A stretch of 64,000 nucleotides of DNA. It comes from a virus. Made by a program: the position numbers and the translations under genes. Location: positions 1 to 64,000 of the IMG/VR virus record IMGVR_UViG_3300006147_000378; one strand, 5' to 3'. Below, piece after piece: positions 43,740-54,233 of this stretch. Under the pieces are notes generated by a model that was not told where the DNA came from, did not search any database, and saw only the letters and a program-made list of their open reading frames with translations. Each line of letters opens with the position of its first letter. The first letter of the stretch is position 1.

Positions 43740-46700
43740 AAGGTCAATACACCGTATATCATCTGCACAGTGACCTGAGCAATGGTGTTACAAACATCGA
43801 TTCGGTCACCAAGTACAACGAATACATAGCCAGGGCACAGGAGCTTGGCATGAAAGCAATGGCTTTCTCGGAACATGGCTCGGTTTTTGAGTGGTGGCAC
43901 AAGAAAAGCGCCATTGAAGAAGCTGAGATGAAGTACATTCACGCTGTCGAAGCATATCTCACGGCCACTCTTGACGAGAAGGTCAGAGACAACTATCACT
44001 GTGTACTTTTGGCTAAGAACTATGAAGGTTTTTTAGAGCTAAATGGGCTCGTTTCCAACAGTTTCAACCGTAAGGACAACCACTTCTATTATGCGCCTCG
44101 CATTACGTTTGATGAGTTGTTCTCAACATCCGACAATATCCTGGTTACTACCGCCTGTGTTGGCGGGGTTTTTGGCAAGGGGGATGAAGCCGTACAGCGG
44201 GCTTTTCTTGATTTCATGGTCAGGAATAAGCACAGATGTTTCTTCGAGATTGGGCACCACATCGACCCCAAGCAGGTCGCCTACAATCAGAAGATGTTTG
44301 AGCTTAGCCAGCAGACTGGTATCCCGCTGATAGCAGGCACAGACACTCACGTTCTGAACGAGGAGCATGAGAAAGGCCGCAGTATCTTACAGATGTCCAA
44401 GAACATCCAGTTTGATGGCGAAGAGCGGTGGGATTTGAAGTTCAAGTCCTATGAGGAGTTGGTCAACGCCTACCGCAAGCAAGGGTCTCTTCCAGAGGCT
44501 GTATATATGCAAGCCATCGAGAACACCAACGTAATGGCGGATATGGTCGAGGAGTTTGAGCTTGACCGTGGTACAAAGTATCCCCACATTTATGAGAACC
44601 CGGACGAAACCTTCCGAGCGAAGGTGGACGCCGCTGTCCACACACATCCGTATGCGCTCCAGTATCACGGCGAAGGCGAGTTGAAGCAGGTCGTTGACGA
44701 GGAGTTCAAGGTTTATCAGGCCACACAGTCCATCGACTTCATGCTTTTGCAAACTTATCTCAGAGAGTGGGAGAAGGAGAATGGCATCCAGTGTGGGTAT
44801 GGCCGTGGCTCTGTTTCAGGCAGTATGATAGCCTATCTCCTTGGCATCACCCAGATGGACAGTATGCGGTTTGGCCTAAACTTCTTCCGGTTTATGAATC
44901 CATCTCGTGTGACTAACGCCGATATTGATACCGACTACTCCGGTAAGGATAGAGACACTATCAAACAGTTCCTGTTGCGGGATAAGATGAACCTGCCAAG
45001 CATTCGCTCTGCCGAAATCATCACATTCAACACGATTGCGATGAAGGGCGCTATCCGAGATGTTTGCCGAGCTTTGTATAAGGATAGTAAAGAGGTGAAC
45101 TATCTCCAGGTTGCCAATGAAATCTGCAAGGAAGTGGAGCTCCGTGAAGACGCAATCCGTCGGAAGTACCCAGAGGTTTTCAAGTACGTTGATATTGTCA
45201 ACGGAACGATAGTCTCCATTGGTACTCACCCCAGCGGCGTTCTCATCAGCGACCTCCCAATCGAGCAGACGGTCGGCCTGTGCAGTATCGCAACGTCGGA
45301 CTACCCTGTATCCATGATAAACATGAAGGAATTGGACGACTTGATGTATGTCAAGTTGGACATCCTCGGCCTGGACAACATCGGCGTTATCAACGAGACC
45401 TGTAAGATGCTGGGCATCGAACGTCTGACCCCGGATAACACGGATATGGATGACATGAACGTCTGGAAGAGTATCCGGGACAACACAACGCTGATATTCC
45501 AATGGGAAAGTAACAGCGCCCAGCAGTACCTCAAGAAGTTTATGTCGGATGATACGTTGGAAAAGGCGAGGTCACGGATACCGAACTTCTCCATGCTGAA
45601 GTGGATGTCATTCGGTAACGGCTTGCTTCGTCCGGCCTGTGCCAGTTTCCGGGATAGTGTGGCGGATGGCGAGTTCTACGACAATGGGTTTGACGCACTC
45701 AATGAGTTCCTCTCCCCGGAGGCTGGTAGAATCGCCATGCAGGAGACCATCATGCAGTTTCTGGTCAAGTTCTGCGGCTATTCCGATGCGGAGTCAGATA
45801 ACGTGCGTCGGGCCATTGCTAAGAAGAAGGGCACAGAGAAGCTCTTGCCGGAGATTGAGGAGCGGTTCATCGCTTTCTGCCCAGAGCATTACAACATCAC
45901 CAAAGAGCGATGCGAGGAAGTCATTAAGCCGTTCCTGCAAATCATCCTGGATGCCTCAGCTTATGGGTTTTCTTGGAACCACTCGGACGCCTACTCGTCC
46001 ATTGGATACATCTGTGGGTATCTGCGCTACTACCACCCGCTTGAGTTTTTGACTGCGGCCCTCAACATCTTTGGCGACAACATGGACAAGACTGCTGACA
46101 TCACCAGCTATGCAACAAGAGTCGGCATCAAGGTCACGCTCCCAAAGTGGGGGTTGTCCAGAGGAGAATACTTCTTCGACCGGGATAAGCGTATCATCGC
46201 AAAGGGCCTTACCTCCATCAAGTACATGAGCGCAGGTCTTGCCGACGAGCTCTACAATCTGGCCAAGAAAAAGAACTACACCAGTTTTATGGAGTTGCTG
46301 GCCGACCTTGACAAAGAAACAAGCATCAACTCTCGGCAACTTGATATCCTGGTAAAGTTGGATTTCTTCTCAGACTTTGGCAATCAACGGGAACTTCTCC
46401 GCATGGTAGACTTGTTCTCCACCACCTTCAAAAAGGGCGAGGCCAAGCAGGTAAAGAAGTCAGAGATTGACGGAACGCCGTTGGAGGAAATCGTAAAAAA
46501 GTACGCCATCGGTGTTACCAAGTCCGGCGGTTCTGCGAAATCCTACACTCTTCTGGATGTGGGTTCAATTCTCAGGGAGGCCGAAAGTGTTATCAAGTCA
46601 TTTGGTTTGGAAGACCTCAGCGATATTCTGAAGGTTCGTAACTTCTATGATGTCATGGGCTACATTGGCTATGTATCCGGCAAAGATGAAGACCGCCGCA

Positions 46701-46927
46701 AGCTGTATGTAACCGAGGTCAAACCATTACATAGGAAAAAGGACGGTAAGCTGTTTGGATATAGTGTGTTTACAAAGTCCATCGGCAGTGGGAAGGAAAG
46801 CCGCTTCACTGTGTTTTGCAGAGTTTTCGATAAAGACCCCATCAAGGAGGGCGACATCATCTACTGCACTGGTTTCGAGCGTGACGGCCAATACTTCCAG
46901 CTAACATCCTTTCGCAAGATTTATTGA
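43730..46927 (+). CDS. dnaE: DNA polymerase III alpha subunit (DnaE-type, PHP domain)
   Basis: PHP YTVYHLHSDLSNG; >1000 aa. Confidence 0.85.
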   Translation: MAIEGQYTVYHLHSDLSNGVTNIDSVTKYNEYIARAQELGMKAMAFSEHGSVFEWWHKKSAIEEAEMKYIHAVEAYLTATLDEKVRDNYHCVLLAKNYEGFLELNGLVSNSFNRKDNHFYYAPRITFDELFSTSDNILVTTACVGGVFGKGDEAVQRAFLDFMVRNKHRCFFEIGHHIDPKQVAYNQKMFELSQQTGIPLIAGTDTHVLNEEHEKGRSILQMSKNIQFDGEERWDLKFKSYEELVNAYRKQGSLPEAVYMQAIENTNVMADMVEEFELDRGTKYPHIYENPDETFRAKVDAAVHTHPYALQYHGEGELKQVVDEEFKVYQATQSIDFMLLQTYLREWEKENGIQCGYGRGSVSGSMIAYLLGITQMDSMRFGLNFFRFMNPSRVTNADIDTDYSGKDRDTIKQFLLRDKMNLPSIRSAEIITFNTIAMKGAIRDVCRALYKDSKEVNYLQVANEICKEVELREDAIRRKYPEVFKYVDIVNGTIVSIGTHPSGVLISDLPIEQTVGLCSIATSDYPVSMINMKELDDLMYVKLDILGLDNIGVINETCKMLGIERLTPDNTDMDDMNVWKSIRDNTTLIFQWESNSAQQYLKKFMSDDTLEKARSRIPNFSMLKWMSFGNGLLRPACASFRDSVADGEFYDNGFDALNEFLSPEAGRIAMQETIMQFLVKFCGYSDAESDNVRRAIAKKKGTEKLLPEIEERFIAFCPEHYNITKERCEEVIKPFLQIILDASAYGFSWNHSDAYSSIGYICGYLRYYHPLEFLTAALNIFGDNMDKTADITSYATRVGIKVTLPKWGLSRGEYFFDRDKRIIAKGLTSIKYMSAGLADELYNLAKKKNYTSFMELLADLDKETSINSRQLDILVKLDFFSDFGNQRELLRMVDLFSTTFKKGEAKQVKKSEIDGTPLEEIVKKYAIGVTKSGGSAKSYTLLDVGSILREAESVIKSFGLEDLSDILKVRNFYDVMGYIGYVSGKDEDRRKLYVTEVKPLHRKKDGKLFGYSVFTKSIGSGKESRFTVFCRVFDKDPIKEGDIIYCTGFERDGQYFQLTSFRKIY

Positions 46928-46941
46928 TTGGAGGTGTTCTG

Positions 46942-47361
46942 ATGGAAGTGCTGACCGGCACCACTCTGAGCGAGGCGCTGAAAACCTGCGATACGCATGA
47001 CGGTGCAAGGATTGGTATCGTCTGCGCAAGCAGCGATACCGCAAAGACAATGGTAGATTCCTTCTGGCTCGAAATCTCGGGCGGAAGAATGCCAGGATGG
47101 GAAATTGGGCGTGAGGTGGGAGGCTACCGTGCTCAACTTAGAAAGAAGGGCAAAGAGGATTACAGCACGATTGAAATTTTCTCCGCTATTTCTGAGAATG
47201 AGATTCGTGGCAGGTCATACCATCAGGTTTTATATGAGCGCTATCTTGATGCACCACTGATAAACGCTCTCCAGTGGTGCGAACGTCTTTCCTTTGATGA
47301 TATCGAGGAAGATGGGAGAGAAAAGCTCGATAAGTTTTTGAATAGCTTCAAAATTGTGTAG
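46942..47361 (+). CDS. hypothetical protein
   Basis: RBS GGAGGTG. Confidence 0.5.
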   Translation: MEVLTGTTLSEALKTCDTHDGARIGIVCASSDTAKTMVDSFWLEISGGRMPGWEIGREVGGYRAQLRKKGKEDYSTIEIFSAISENEIRGRSYHQVLYERYLDAPLINALQWCERLSFDDIEEDGREKLDKFLNSFKIV

Positions 47362-47374
47362 AGGAGGTGTACTC

Positions 47375-47749
47375 ATGAAGTGTATCGTTTGTGACCGCTG
47401 TAAGCAAATCATTGAGAATCCCCGGAATTGCCGGGTGATTACCTGTGCTAAGCCGCTGAAACCGCCCATTGTTCCTGCGGAACATTGTAAGACACAGTAT
47501 CGCGGCAACGACCGCCAGCAGAACGACATTCTTTGGGAGAAGGAGGTCTGCTTGGACTGCCTGGATGCCCTGGAGGAGTTCTTCGAGGCTGGAGCTGGGA
47601 CGGTTACCCCGCCTGAGCCTGAGCAGCCTGATACTCCGGGCGACGGTGATGAACGGCCTGAGCAGCCCACTGACCCGGATGAGGGTGGCGATGGCGGCGA
47701 GACCGGCGGTGAAACTGGCGGCGATGGCGAGAGCACACAGTGGCTGTAA
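47375..47749 (+). CDS. hypothetical Cys-containing protein with Gly/Glu/Thr-repeat tail
   Basis: RBS GAGGAGGTG. Confidence 0.5.
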   Translation: MKCIVCDRCKQIIENPRNCRVITCAKPLKPPIVPAEHCKTQYRGNDRQQNDILWEKEVCLDCLDALEEFFEAGAGTVTPPEPEQPDTPGDGDERPEQPTDPDEGGDGGETGGETGGDGESTQWL

Positions 47750-47819
47750 CCCTTGCGCCACAATACCATAATTGGGTATAAAACACGAATTTGGTAACCA
47801 CATAGGAGGTGTGTAAGGC

Positions 47820-48023
47820 TTGCCAGAACAGAAAGTATGCAGTCGTTGCGGGCGTGAGCTCGATTTCTTCGACCTGCAACAGGATTTCTCCATACATAAA
47901 AAAATCGGATATGGGAGCATCTATGACGGTTGTACCGTGAACTACCAGCTCTGCTGTGAGTGCTTCGATAAAGCGGCGGAGGAGTGTGCTGTGTTCCCTA
48001 TCTCGGAGGAGGAGCATGAGTGA
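47820..48023 (+). CDS. small zinc-ribbon protein
   Basis: CSRCG...CCEC. Confidence 0.4.
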   Translation: MPEQKVCSRCGRELDFFDLQQDFSIHKKIGYGSIYDGCTVNYQLCCECFDKAAEECAVFPISEEEHE

Positions 48024-48358
48024 ACGCCAGTGATATGGTTCGGCTCTTAACATGGCATGATACTGGGGCCAATCGAAACGGCAGAATGTTTTTGCCAAGC
48101 GAGGCAGAGCAGTTCCTTCCATACCATCGCTATGAAACGGAGCGGTTCACGAGGTATGACCGCTACAAAGAGCGTGAGGTAACTCGTCCAACATTTATGG
48201 AGGCACATTATAACGAGCTGATGAGGTTTGCCAGAATTGCCTCATGGTCTGGTGAGGCTCGCCAAGTTGTGAGTACCCCTCCTGTGGAGGATACCGAATT
48301 GACAGCAGAGGACACAAAGGAGCTCGACGAGTTCCTCAGCAGTTTCTCAAGAACGTAA
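48020..48358 (+). CDS. hypothetical protein
   Basis: ORF. Confidence 0.45.
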   Translation: MNASDMVRLLTWHDTGANRNGRMFLPSEAEQFLPYHRYETERFTRYDRYKEREVTRPTFMEAHYNELMRFARIASWSGEARQVVSTPPVEDTELTAEDTKELDEFLSSFSRT

Positions 48359-48441
48359 GAATCAACCAACATACCACGGGGAAAGAGCCTTGGAGCATAA
48401 GTTCCGGGCTCTTTTCTCATGGACAGTAGAGAGGTAGAACA

Positions 48442-49161
48442 ATGCAAAAAGTTTTCACTATCTTCTTGCTGGCAGCTATGATGTGCGTTTCGGTCTGCGG
48501 GTGCAGTAACGCACCTGCCACACAAGACCCTGAGCCCGCTGTCATCGAGAGAGCAGATGAAGATGCGGGCGCCGTTGCGACTGCATTAGTGTACGACGGC
48601 GATACGGATGCGTTGGAGACCGCTATTCCAACAGAAGATACCAAAGAGTGGGACACGGACTATCTGACCATCATGCGAGAGTGTTGTCTGAGCGGCGACG
48701 TGGCCGCAGGACGTGATGCCGAGTCCAACAGAAATGCAAAAATTGCCGCACTCAACTTAGATGTACCGGAAATCAGCTTCGATGAACTGTTCGAGCTGTC
48801 CAAGACCATCACCAATGAGGCCGGTTCAAGTTGGATTCCAATGGACTGGAAGATGATGGTCGGTGAAGTCGTTCTTAACCGTGTAGCATCCGTAGAGTTT
48901 CCCAATACGGTTATTGAGGTCATTCACCAGAAGGGTCAATACTCCGGCGCAAACTCCAGTCATTTTGACAGCATGGTTCCGTTTGAGGACTGTGTAGATG
49001 CGGCAATCAGGTTGCTCAGTGGTGAGCGGCTTATCAATGATGTCTCTGTTGTGTTCCAGTCTGAGCACCGCCAAGGTAGCGGTACATATCTCGAACTGTA
49101 TGACAGTTACTACGGATATACATACCTATGTTACAGCAACCACCCGGAGCTGTACGAATGA
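48442..49161 (+). CDS. lipoprotein with SleB-like cell-wall hydrolase domain
   Basis: lipobox VCGCS; NEAGSS...VVLNRVAS...QKGQYSG Hydrolase_2-like. Confidence 0.65.
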   Translation: MQKVFTIFLLAAMMCVSVCGCSNAPATQDPEPAVIERADEDAGAVATALVYDGDTDALETAIPTEDTKEWDTDYLTIMRECCLSGDVAAGRDAESNRNAKIAALNLDVPEISFDELFELSKTITNEAGSSWIPMDWKMMVGEVVLNRVASVEFPNTVIEVIHQKGQYSGANSSHFDSMVPFEDCVDAAIRLLSGERLINDVSVVFQSEHRQGSGTYLELYDSYYGYTYLCYSNHPELYE

Positions 49162-49171
49162 AAGGACATCT

Positions 49172-49864
49172 ATGGGAAAGGTAATCATTCAAAGCGAATA
49201 CACCACGAGAAACCCCATTACAATGATTGGCACAGAGGCCGGTATCTGCTGGGGCGCAGACACATCTGATACCCAGAAGAACTACAAGCGCGGACTTGAC
49301 TGCCTGGAGAGCGAGCATGGCCGAACGTTTGAGTTCCCAGACATCTATATGATTCTGGACGGCTATTCGGCCAGGGTTATTCGGGAGTGGTACACCCACA
49401 TTGGCGGCGCTCCCACAAGGCTTCAGGCCAGCACCCGATATATCGACTACGAGCATGGGTTTTCCTATGTGACACCGAATACTCCTGCGTTTAGCGGTAG
49501 AGCACTTGCCGTCTACGACAGGGTTATGCACAGTATTATGGAGGGCCTGCGTGAGCTTGACGAGCTCGGCGTACCAAGAGAGGACTCTGCCCTCTGTCTG
49601 CCGCTCGGTATGACCACAAAGATTGTGGACAAGCGTAATCTCCGTAACCTGATGGATATGTCTCATCAGCGGATGTGTACCCGTGCCTATCACGAGTATC
49701 GGCAACTGTTCGCCGATATCAGGGCAGCACTCAATGGGTATTCCCCTGAGTGGAATTATATAGTTGACCACTACCTCATGCCAAAGTGCCAGTACATGGG
49801 CTTTTGTAAAGAGCGGCACACCTGTGGCATGATGCCCAGAAAGCAGGTGGTCACAGGTGGATAA
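49172..49864 (+). CDS. thyX: ThyX (Thy1)-like flavin-dependent thymidylate synthase homologue, divergent
   Basis: Thy1-like layout with ...REWYTH...QASTRY in place of canonical RHR...S..RY. Confidence 0.55.
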   Translation: MGKVIIQSEYTTRNPITMIGTEAGICWGADTSDTQKNYKRGLDCLESEHGRTFEFPDIYMILDGYSARVIREWYTHIGGAPTRLQASTRYIDYEHGFSYVTPNTPAFSGRALAVYDRVMHSIMEGLRELDELGVPREDSALCLPLGMTTKIVDKRNLRNLMDMSHQRMCTRAYHEYRQLFADIRAALNGYSPEWNYIVDHYLMPKCQYMGFCKERHTCGMMPRKQVVTGG

Positions 49865-49972
49865 CTTCTGGCCGCTCGTTCCCATTGCTTTGGTAATTAT
49901 TATGCTCATACTTGGTGGCGGCGGCGGCCCGAAGCCTCAGCCCGAGTATGTTTATGCGTAGGCAGTAAGCGT

Positions 49973-50422
49973 ATGGAGAGCAAAATTAAGAATCCTGCCA
50001 GAATGAAGCAGCTCATTGACTTCAAGGGTCTTGGTCTTGACGGCGGGATATACCCCACAGATATCGATGGCCTGATTGAGTACCACGATAAGGAATACAT
50101 ACTGATTGAGGTCAAGCATGGCAACGCAAAACTTCCGGTTGGACAGCGTGTCGCCATGCAGAGGATGGTGGAGGACTTCACAAAAGTCGGTAAGCGAGCG
50201 GTTGCAATCGTCTGTGAACATCACATTGATGATGTGGACAAGCCTGTAGTTGCCGCTTACTGCCGTGTGAGGGAGTTCTACTACGGCGGTGAGCACAAGT
50301 GGCGCCCGCCTGACAAGCGTATGACCGTCCAAGAAATGGTCAACAGCTTCGTAAGATATTCAAAGTCAAAGGAGGCCAAGAATGCAGGTAATCGCAATCT
50401 CAGGAAAAGCACAGCACGGTAA
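49973..50422 (+). CDS. putative PD-(D/E)XK-like nuclease
   Basis: D...ILIEVK pattern; low certainty. Confidence 0.4.
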   Translation: MESKIKNPARMKQLIDFKGLGLDGGIYPTDIDGLIEYHDKEYILIEVKHGNAKLPVGQRVAMQRMVEDFTKVGKRAVAIVCEHHIDDVDKPVVAAYCRVREFYYGGEHKWRPPDKRMTVQEMVNSFVRYSKSKEAKNAGNRNLRKSTAR

Positions 50423-50972
50423 GGACACAACGGCGGCGATTCTCAAAGACCAGCTCGAATCTGATGGCTACAAAGTTCTGGTCACTCACTATGCAGACCT
50501 TCTCAAGTATATGTGTCGCACCTATTTTGGGTGGAATGGTGAGAAGGACGATGCTGGGCGGCACATCTTGCAGTATGTCGGCACAGACATCATCAGGCAG
50601 AAGCGCCCAGACTTCTGGGTAGGCTTTGTTACCGATGTGCTCGGCCTGTTCCCTGATGAGTGGGACTTCGTTCTGATTCCAGACTGCCGTTTCCCCAATG
50701 AAATCGACTGTCTGAAAAAGGCGGGGCTCGCTATGATTCATATGCGGGTCATCAGGGAGAACTTTGAAAGCCCGCTCACGCCGGAGCAGCAGGCGCATCC
50801 ATCTGAAACGGCATTGGATGGCTGTACCCCGGACTACTACATAACCAACAACGGAACCATCGAAGACCTGTCTAAAGCCATCTCAAACTGGCTGACAGAG
50901 TTCAACGGACACCATCAGATGACCTTTGACGAATACTGCGGGTCGAACCTGGTTCTGGATAAAAAGGAGTAA
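50382..50972 (+). CDS. deoxynucleoside monophosphate kinase (T4 gp1-like P-loop kinase)
   Basis: Walker A ISGKAQHGKDTTA. Confidence 0.65.
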   Translation: MQVIAISGKAQHGKDTTAAILKDQLESDGYKVLVTHYADLLKYMCRTYFGWNGEKDDAGRHILQYVGTDIIRQKRPDFWVGFVTDVLGLFPDEWDFVLIPDCRFPNEIDCLKKAGLAMIHMRVIRENFESPLTPEQQAHPSETALDGCTPDYYITNNGTIEDLSKAISNWLTEFNGHHQMTFDEYCGSNLVLDKKE

Positions 50973-50975
50973 GCA

Positions 50976-51770
50976 ATGAAACGTCTGACGGTGTTAGTTG
51001 ATATGGACGACACAATCGAAGATTTGTTGGGCGCATGGGTAGATACGCTGAACGAGCAGTATCACACCGCCGTTGACCCGAACGATGTCAGCGATTGGGA
51101 TGTCGCAAAATTCTTCCCAACCCTGACCAAACCGCAGGTCTTTGCCCCAATCTACAATGATGATTTCTGGAGAACTGTCAAGCCTATCGATGGCGCCGCA
51201 GACGCTCTTCAGCAGTTGATTGCAGATGGGCATCGTATCTATATCGTGACAAGTTCCTTCTATGAAACCCTTGCGGTCAAGATGACCGATGTGTTATTTC
51301 GATATTTCCCCTTTCTCAAGTGGGAAGATGTCATCATCACCAGCCACAAGCAGTTGATTCACGGAGACGTGCTGGTAGATGATGGCGTACATAACCTTGA
51401 GGGCGGAGATTACTTAAAAATTCTGATGGATGCACCCCATAACCGTGGCTACGATGCTGAACGGGGTGGTATGCACAGGGTAACAAGCTGGGACGATGCG
51501 TATGACATCATCACGCAGTACGCTTTCCAGTCTGAACACGATGGAGAGGAGGTAGAACATGACCGTATGACTGTAATCCTATACTCAACGGGCTGTCCAA
51601 GGTGCAAGGTTCTCAGGCAGAAGCTGGATAACAGTGGTGTCCAGTACACAGTGAACGATTCTGTGGATGATATGCTTGCTCTTGGCATTGCACAGGTGCC
51701 CGTCCTCTCGATTGATGGGGAATTACTCCCCTTTGCCAAGGCAATCGAGTGGGTCAACCAAATCCATTGA
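50976..51770 (+). CDS. HAD-family 5'(3')-deoxyribonucleotidase fused to C-terminal NrdH/glutaredoxin-like domain (CPRC)
   Basis: VLVDMDDT HAD motif I; C-terminal CPRC thioredoxin-fold segment. Confidence 0.65.
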   Translation: MKRLTVLVDMDDTIEDLLGAWVDTLNEQYHTAVDPNDVSDWDVAKFFPTLTKPQVFAPIYNDDFWRTVKPIDGAADALQQLIADGHRIYIVTSSFYETLAVKMTDVLFRYFPFLKWEDVIITSHKQLIHGDVLVDDGVHNLEGGDYLKILMDAPHNRGYDAERGGMHRVTSWDDAYDIITQYAFQSEHDGEEVEHDRMTVILYSTGCPRCKVLRQKLDNSGVQYTVNDSVDDMLALGIAQVPVLSIDGELLPFAKAIEWVNQIH

Positions 51771-51784
51771 AGGAGGCATGAGAA

Positions 51785-53749
51785 TTGAACATTCCAATCA
51801 AAATGAACAAGGACTTTGAGAAGGCAATGGCCGCTCTGAGTGAGCGGTATGGCGAAGATTTTGAGTTTTTGAACGGGTTTCACGAGTCGCAGCTCAATTT
51901 TTCCGACTTTATCGATGGGTTCATCGATAGAAACGTCTCTGACGTGACTATCGATGCGAACGCAAATGCCTCCAACAAGGACATTCGCAGCCTTTTGAAC
52001 GAAAAGGGCAAGTCGCACGACAAACTCTTTGCGTTCAACAAGATTTTCTACGAAATCAAAAAGCGGTACAACCTCAAAACGGCACGGGAGTGGCTGGAAA
52101 CCGAGTACAACGGCGGTTTTTATCTCCATGATGCCCCAACATCGACCTACCTCCCCTACTGTTATGCCTACGACCTGACGAGGCTGGCGACAGAGGGGCT
52201 TTTCTTCCTGAAAAACTACAACAATCAGCCGCCGAAGCACCTGACAACGTTCATGGACGATGTTATTGAGTACATCAGTTACATGAGCAACCGCAGTTCT
52301 GGTGCTGTTGGCATCCCCAACGTGCTTATTTGGACGTACTACTTCTGGAAGAAGGACTGTGAGAGCGGGCACATCATCAAAGACCCCGACTACTACATCC
52401 GCCAGTGCTTCCAGAAGTTCATCTATCGGCTGAACCAGCCATTCATGCGCATCGACCAGACGGCTTTTGTCAATGTTTCCATCTTTGACCGCAACTATAT
52501 CGAATCTCTGTTCGGCGGTGTCCAGTACCCGGATGGGTCATTCGTCATTGACAATGTGGAGGAGCTGATTGAGCATCAGAAAACCTTCATGGAGGTCGTG
52601 TCTCAGATTCGCAGCGAGAATATGTTTACATTCCCAGTCCTTACATACAGCTTGCTCAAACGCACTGCTATCACAACCGAGGAAGCGCTGGAGATGCTTC
52701 GCTCGAAGAACTACGATGTGTTCGTTGACAAGGAGTTTGCCCGTTGGTGCAGCGACCACAACTGCACCTGGAACGACAGCAACTTCTTTATGAGCGATGA
52801 CGTGGGCACACTCAGCAACTGTTGTCGCCTGCTCTCAGACACGAAGAAGCTGAATGCTTTCATCAACTCCATTGGTGGTACGGCGCTGTCTATCGGCTCT
52901 GTCAAGGTCAACACCATCAACCTGATGCGGATTGCCCTTGAAACTGACTGCGATGAAAAGAAGTACCTGGCTCTGTTGAGAAAGCGTGCCCTGCTCTGCT
53001 GTAAGGCTCTGGACACGGTGCGCCACATTATCCAACGCAATGTAGAGAAGGGTTTGCTCCCCAACTACCAAGAGGGCGCAGTCGAGATGGACAAGCAGTA
53101 TTGCACCATGGGCATCCTCGGCCTGTATGAGGTCATCGAAGCCTTTGGCTACACACAGACGGACGAGTTCGGTTACATCAGCTACACCGACGAGGGCGTC
53201 GAGTTTGCTTCCAAGATTTTTGAGGTGCTCAACTCAGTGAAGGACAACTTCACCAACGAGTATTCCTTCAACATTGAGAGCGTCCCCGCTGAGAGGGCGG
53301 CGGTCATCCTCTGTCAGAAGGACAATGTCCTGTATGATATGAGGGACAAGGAGCTGTACTCCAACCAGTGGATTCCTCTGTCTGCCAAATGCACCATTCA
53401 AGAGAAGCTCCGGCTTTGCTCTATTCTGGATGAGAAGTGCTCTGGCGGCAGTATTGCCCACATCAACCTGGAGTCGAACTTCCCCAACACAGATGCGGCA
53501 TGGGATATGCTCAACAAGATTGCGCTATCCGGCGTTATCTACTTTGCGTTCAACACTCGCATCAACGAGTGTGAGAACCACCACGGCTTTGTCGGAACAG
53601 ACCACTGCCCCATCTGTGGCAAGCCGGTGTATGACACCTATCAGCGCATCGTTGGGTATCTCGTTCCGTCCAGAGCGTATTCCAAGGAGCGGTTCCGGGA
53701 GTTCAACACCCGGCAATGGTACAGCTATGCGGAGGCTATGTCAGAATGA
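51785..53749 (+). CDS. nrdD: anaerobic ribonucleoside-triphosphate reductase (class III), NrdD
   Basis: C-terminal zinc ribbon CPICG and glycyl-radical RIVGYL. Confidence 0.85.
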   Translation: MNIPIKMNKDFEKAMAALSERYGEDFEFLNGFHESQLNFSDFIDGFIDRNVSDVTIDANANASNKDIRSLLNEKGKSHDKLFAFNKIFYEIKKRYNLKTAREWLETEYNGGFYLHDAPTSTYLPYCYAYDLTRLATEGLFFLKNYNNQPPKHLTTFMDDVIEYISYMSNRSSGAVGIPNVLIWTYYFWKKDCESGHIIKDPDYYIRQCFQKFIYRLNQPFMRIDQTAFVNVSIFDRNYIESLFGGVQYPDGSFVIDNVEELIEHQKTFMEVVSQIRSENMFTFPVLTYSLLKRTAITTEEALEMLRSKNYDVFVDKEFARWCSDHNCTWNDSNFFMSDDVGTLSNCCRLLSDTKKLNAFINSIGGTALSIGSVKVNTINLMRIALETDCDEKKYLALLRKRALLCCKALDTVRHIIQRNVEKGLLPNYQEGAVEMDKQYCTMGILGLYEVIEAFGYTQTDEFGYISYTDEGVEFASKIFEVLNSVKDNFTNEYSFNIESVPAERAAVILCQKDNVLYDMRDKELYSNQWIPLSAKCTIQEKLRLCSILDEKCSGGSIAHINLESNFPNTDAAWDMLNKIALSGVIYFAFNTRINECENHHGFVGTDHCPICGKPVYDTYQRIVGYLVPSRAYSKERFREFNTRQWYSYAEAMSE

Positions 53750-54231
53750 GAGTAAAAACCATTGTTGAGGAGGACTTCACCAACTACAAGGTTCCATCCA
53801 TGTTCATCGGAACTATCTCATGTGGCGGGAAATGCTGCTCCGAAGCAGGCATCCCGCTTTCAGTTTGCCAAAATGATGGGTGGCGCTCATGCGCCCCCAT
53901 CGAGGTAAACGACTTTGACTTGTGCAGACGTTACATCCACAACAGACTGACGGGGGCCATCGTCATTGGCGGTTTGGAACCGTTCGAGCAGTTTCAAGAG
54001 GTAGAGGAGTTCATTCATACTCTCCGTCTGGTATACGGCTGTCAGGATGATGTGGTCATCTACACAGGCTACTACCCGCAAGAGATTGGGCAACAGGTAA
54101 AGGCACTGGCCTCCTACAAGAACATCGTCATCAAGTTCGGGCGGTACATCCCCAATCGTAGGGCCATTTTCGATGATGTTCTTGGTGTAACACTTGCGTC
54201 CGACAATCAGTTTGCTGAAAGGATTAGCTGA
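53746..54231 (+). CDS. nrdG: anaerobic RNR activating protein NrdG (radical SAM)
   Basis: Cys cluster SCGGKCCSE; overlaps nrdD stop. Confidence 0.7.
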   Translation: MRVKTIVEEDFTNYKVPSMFIGTISCGGKCCSEAGIPLSVCQNDGWRSCAPIEVNDFDLCRRYIHNRLTGAIVIGGLEPFEQFQEVEEFIHTLRLVYGCQDDVVIYTGYYPQEIGQQVKALASYKNIVIKFGRYIPNRRAIFDDVLGVTLASDNQFAERIS

Positions 54232-54233
54232 CC

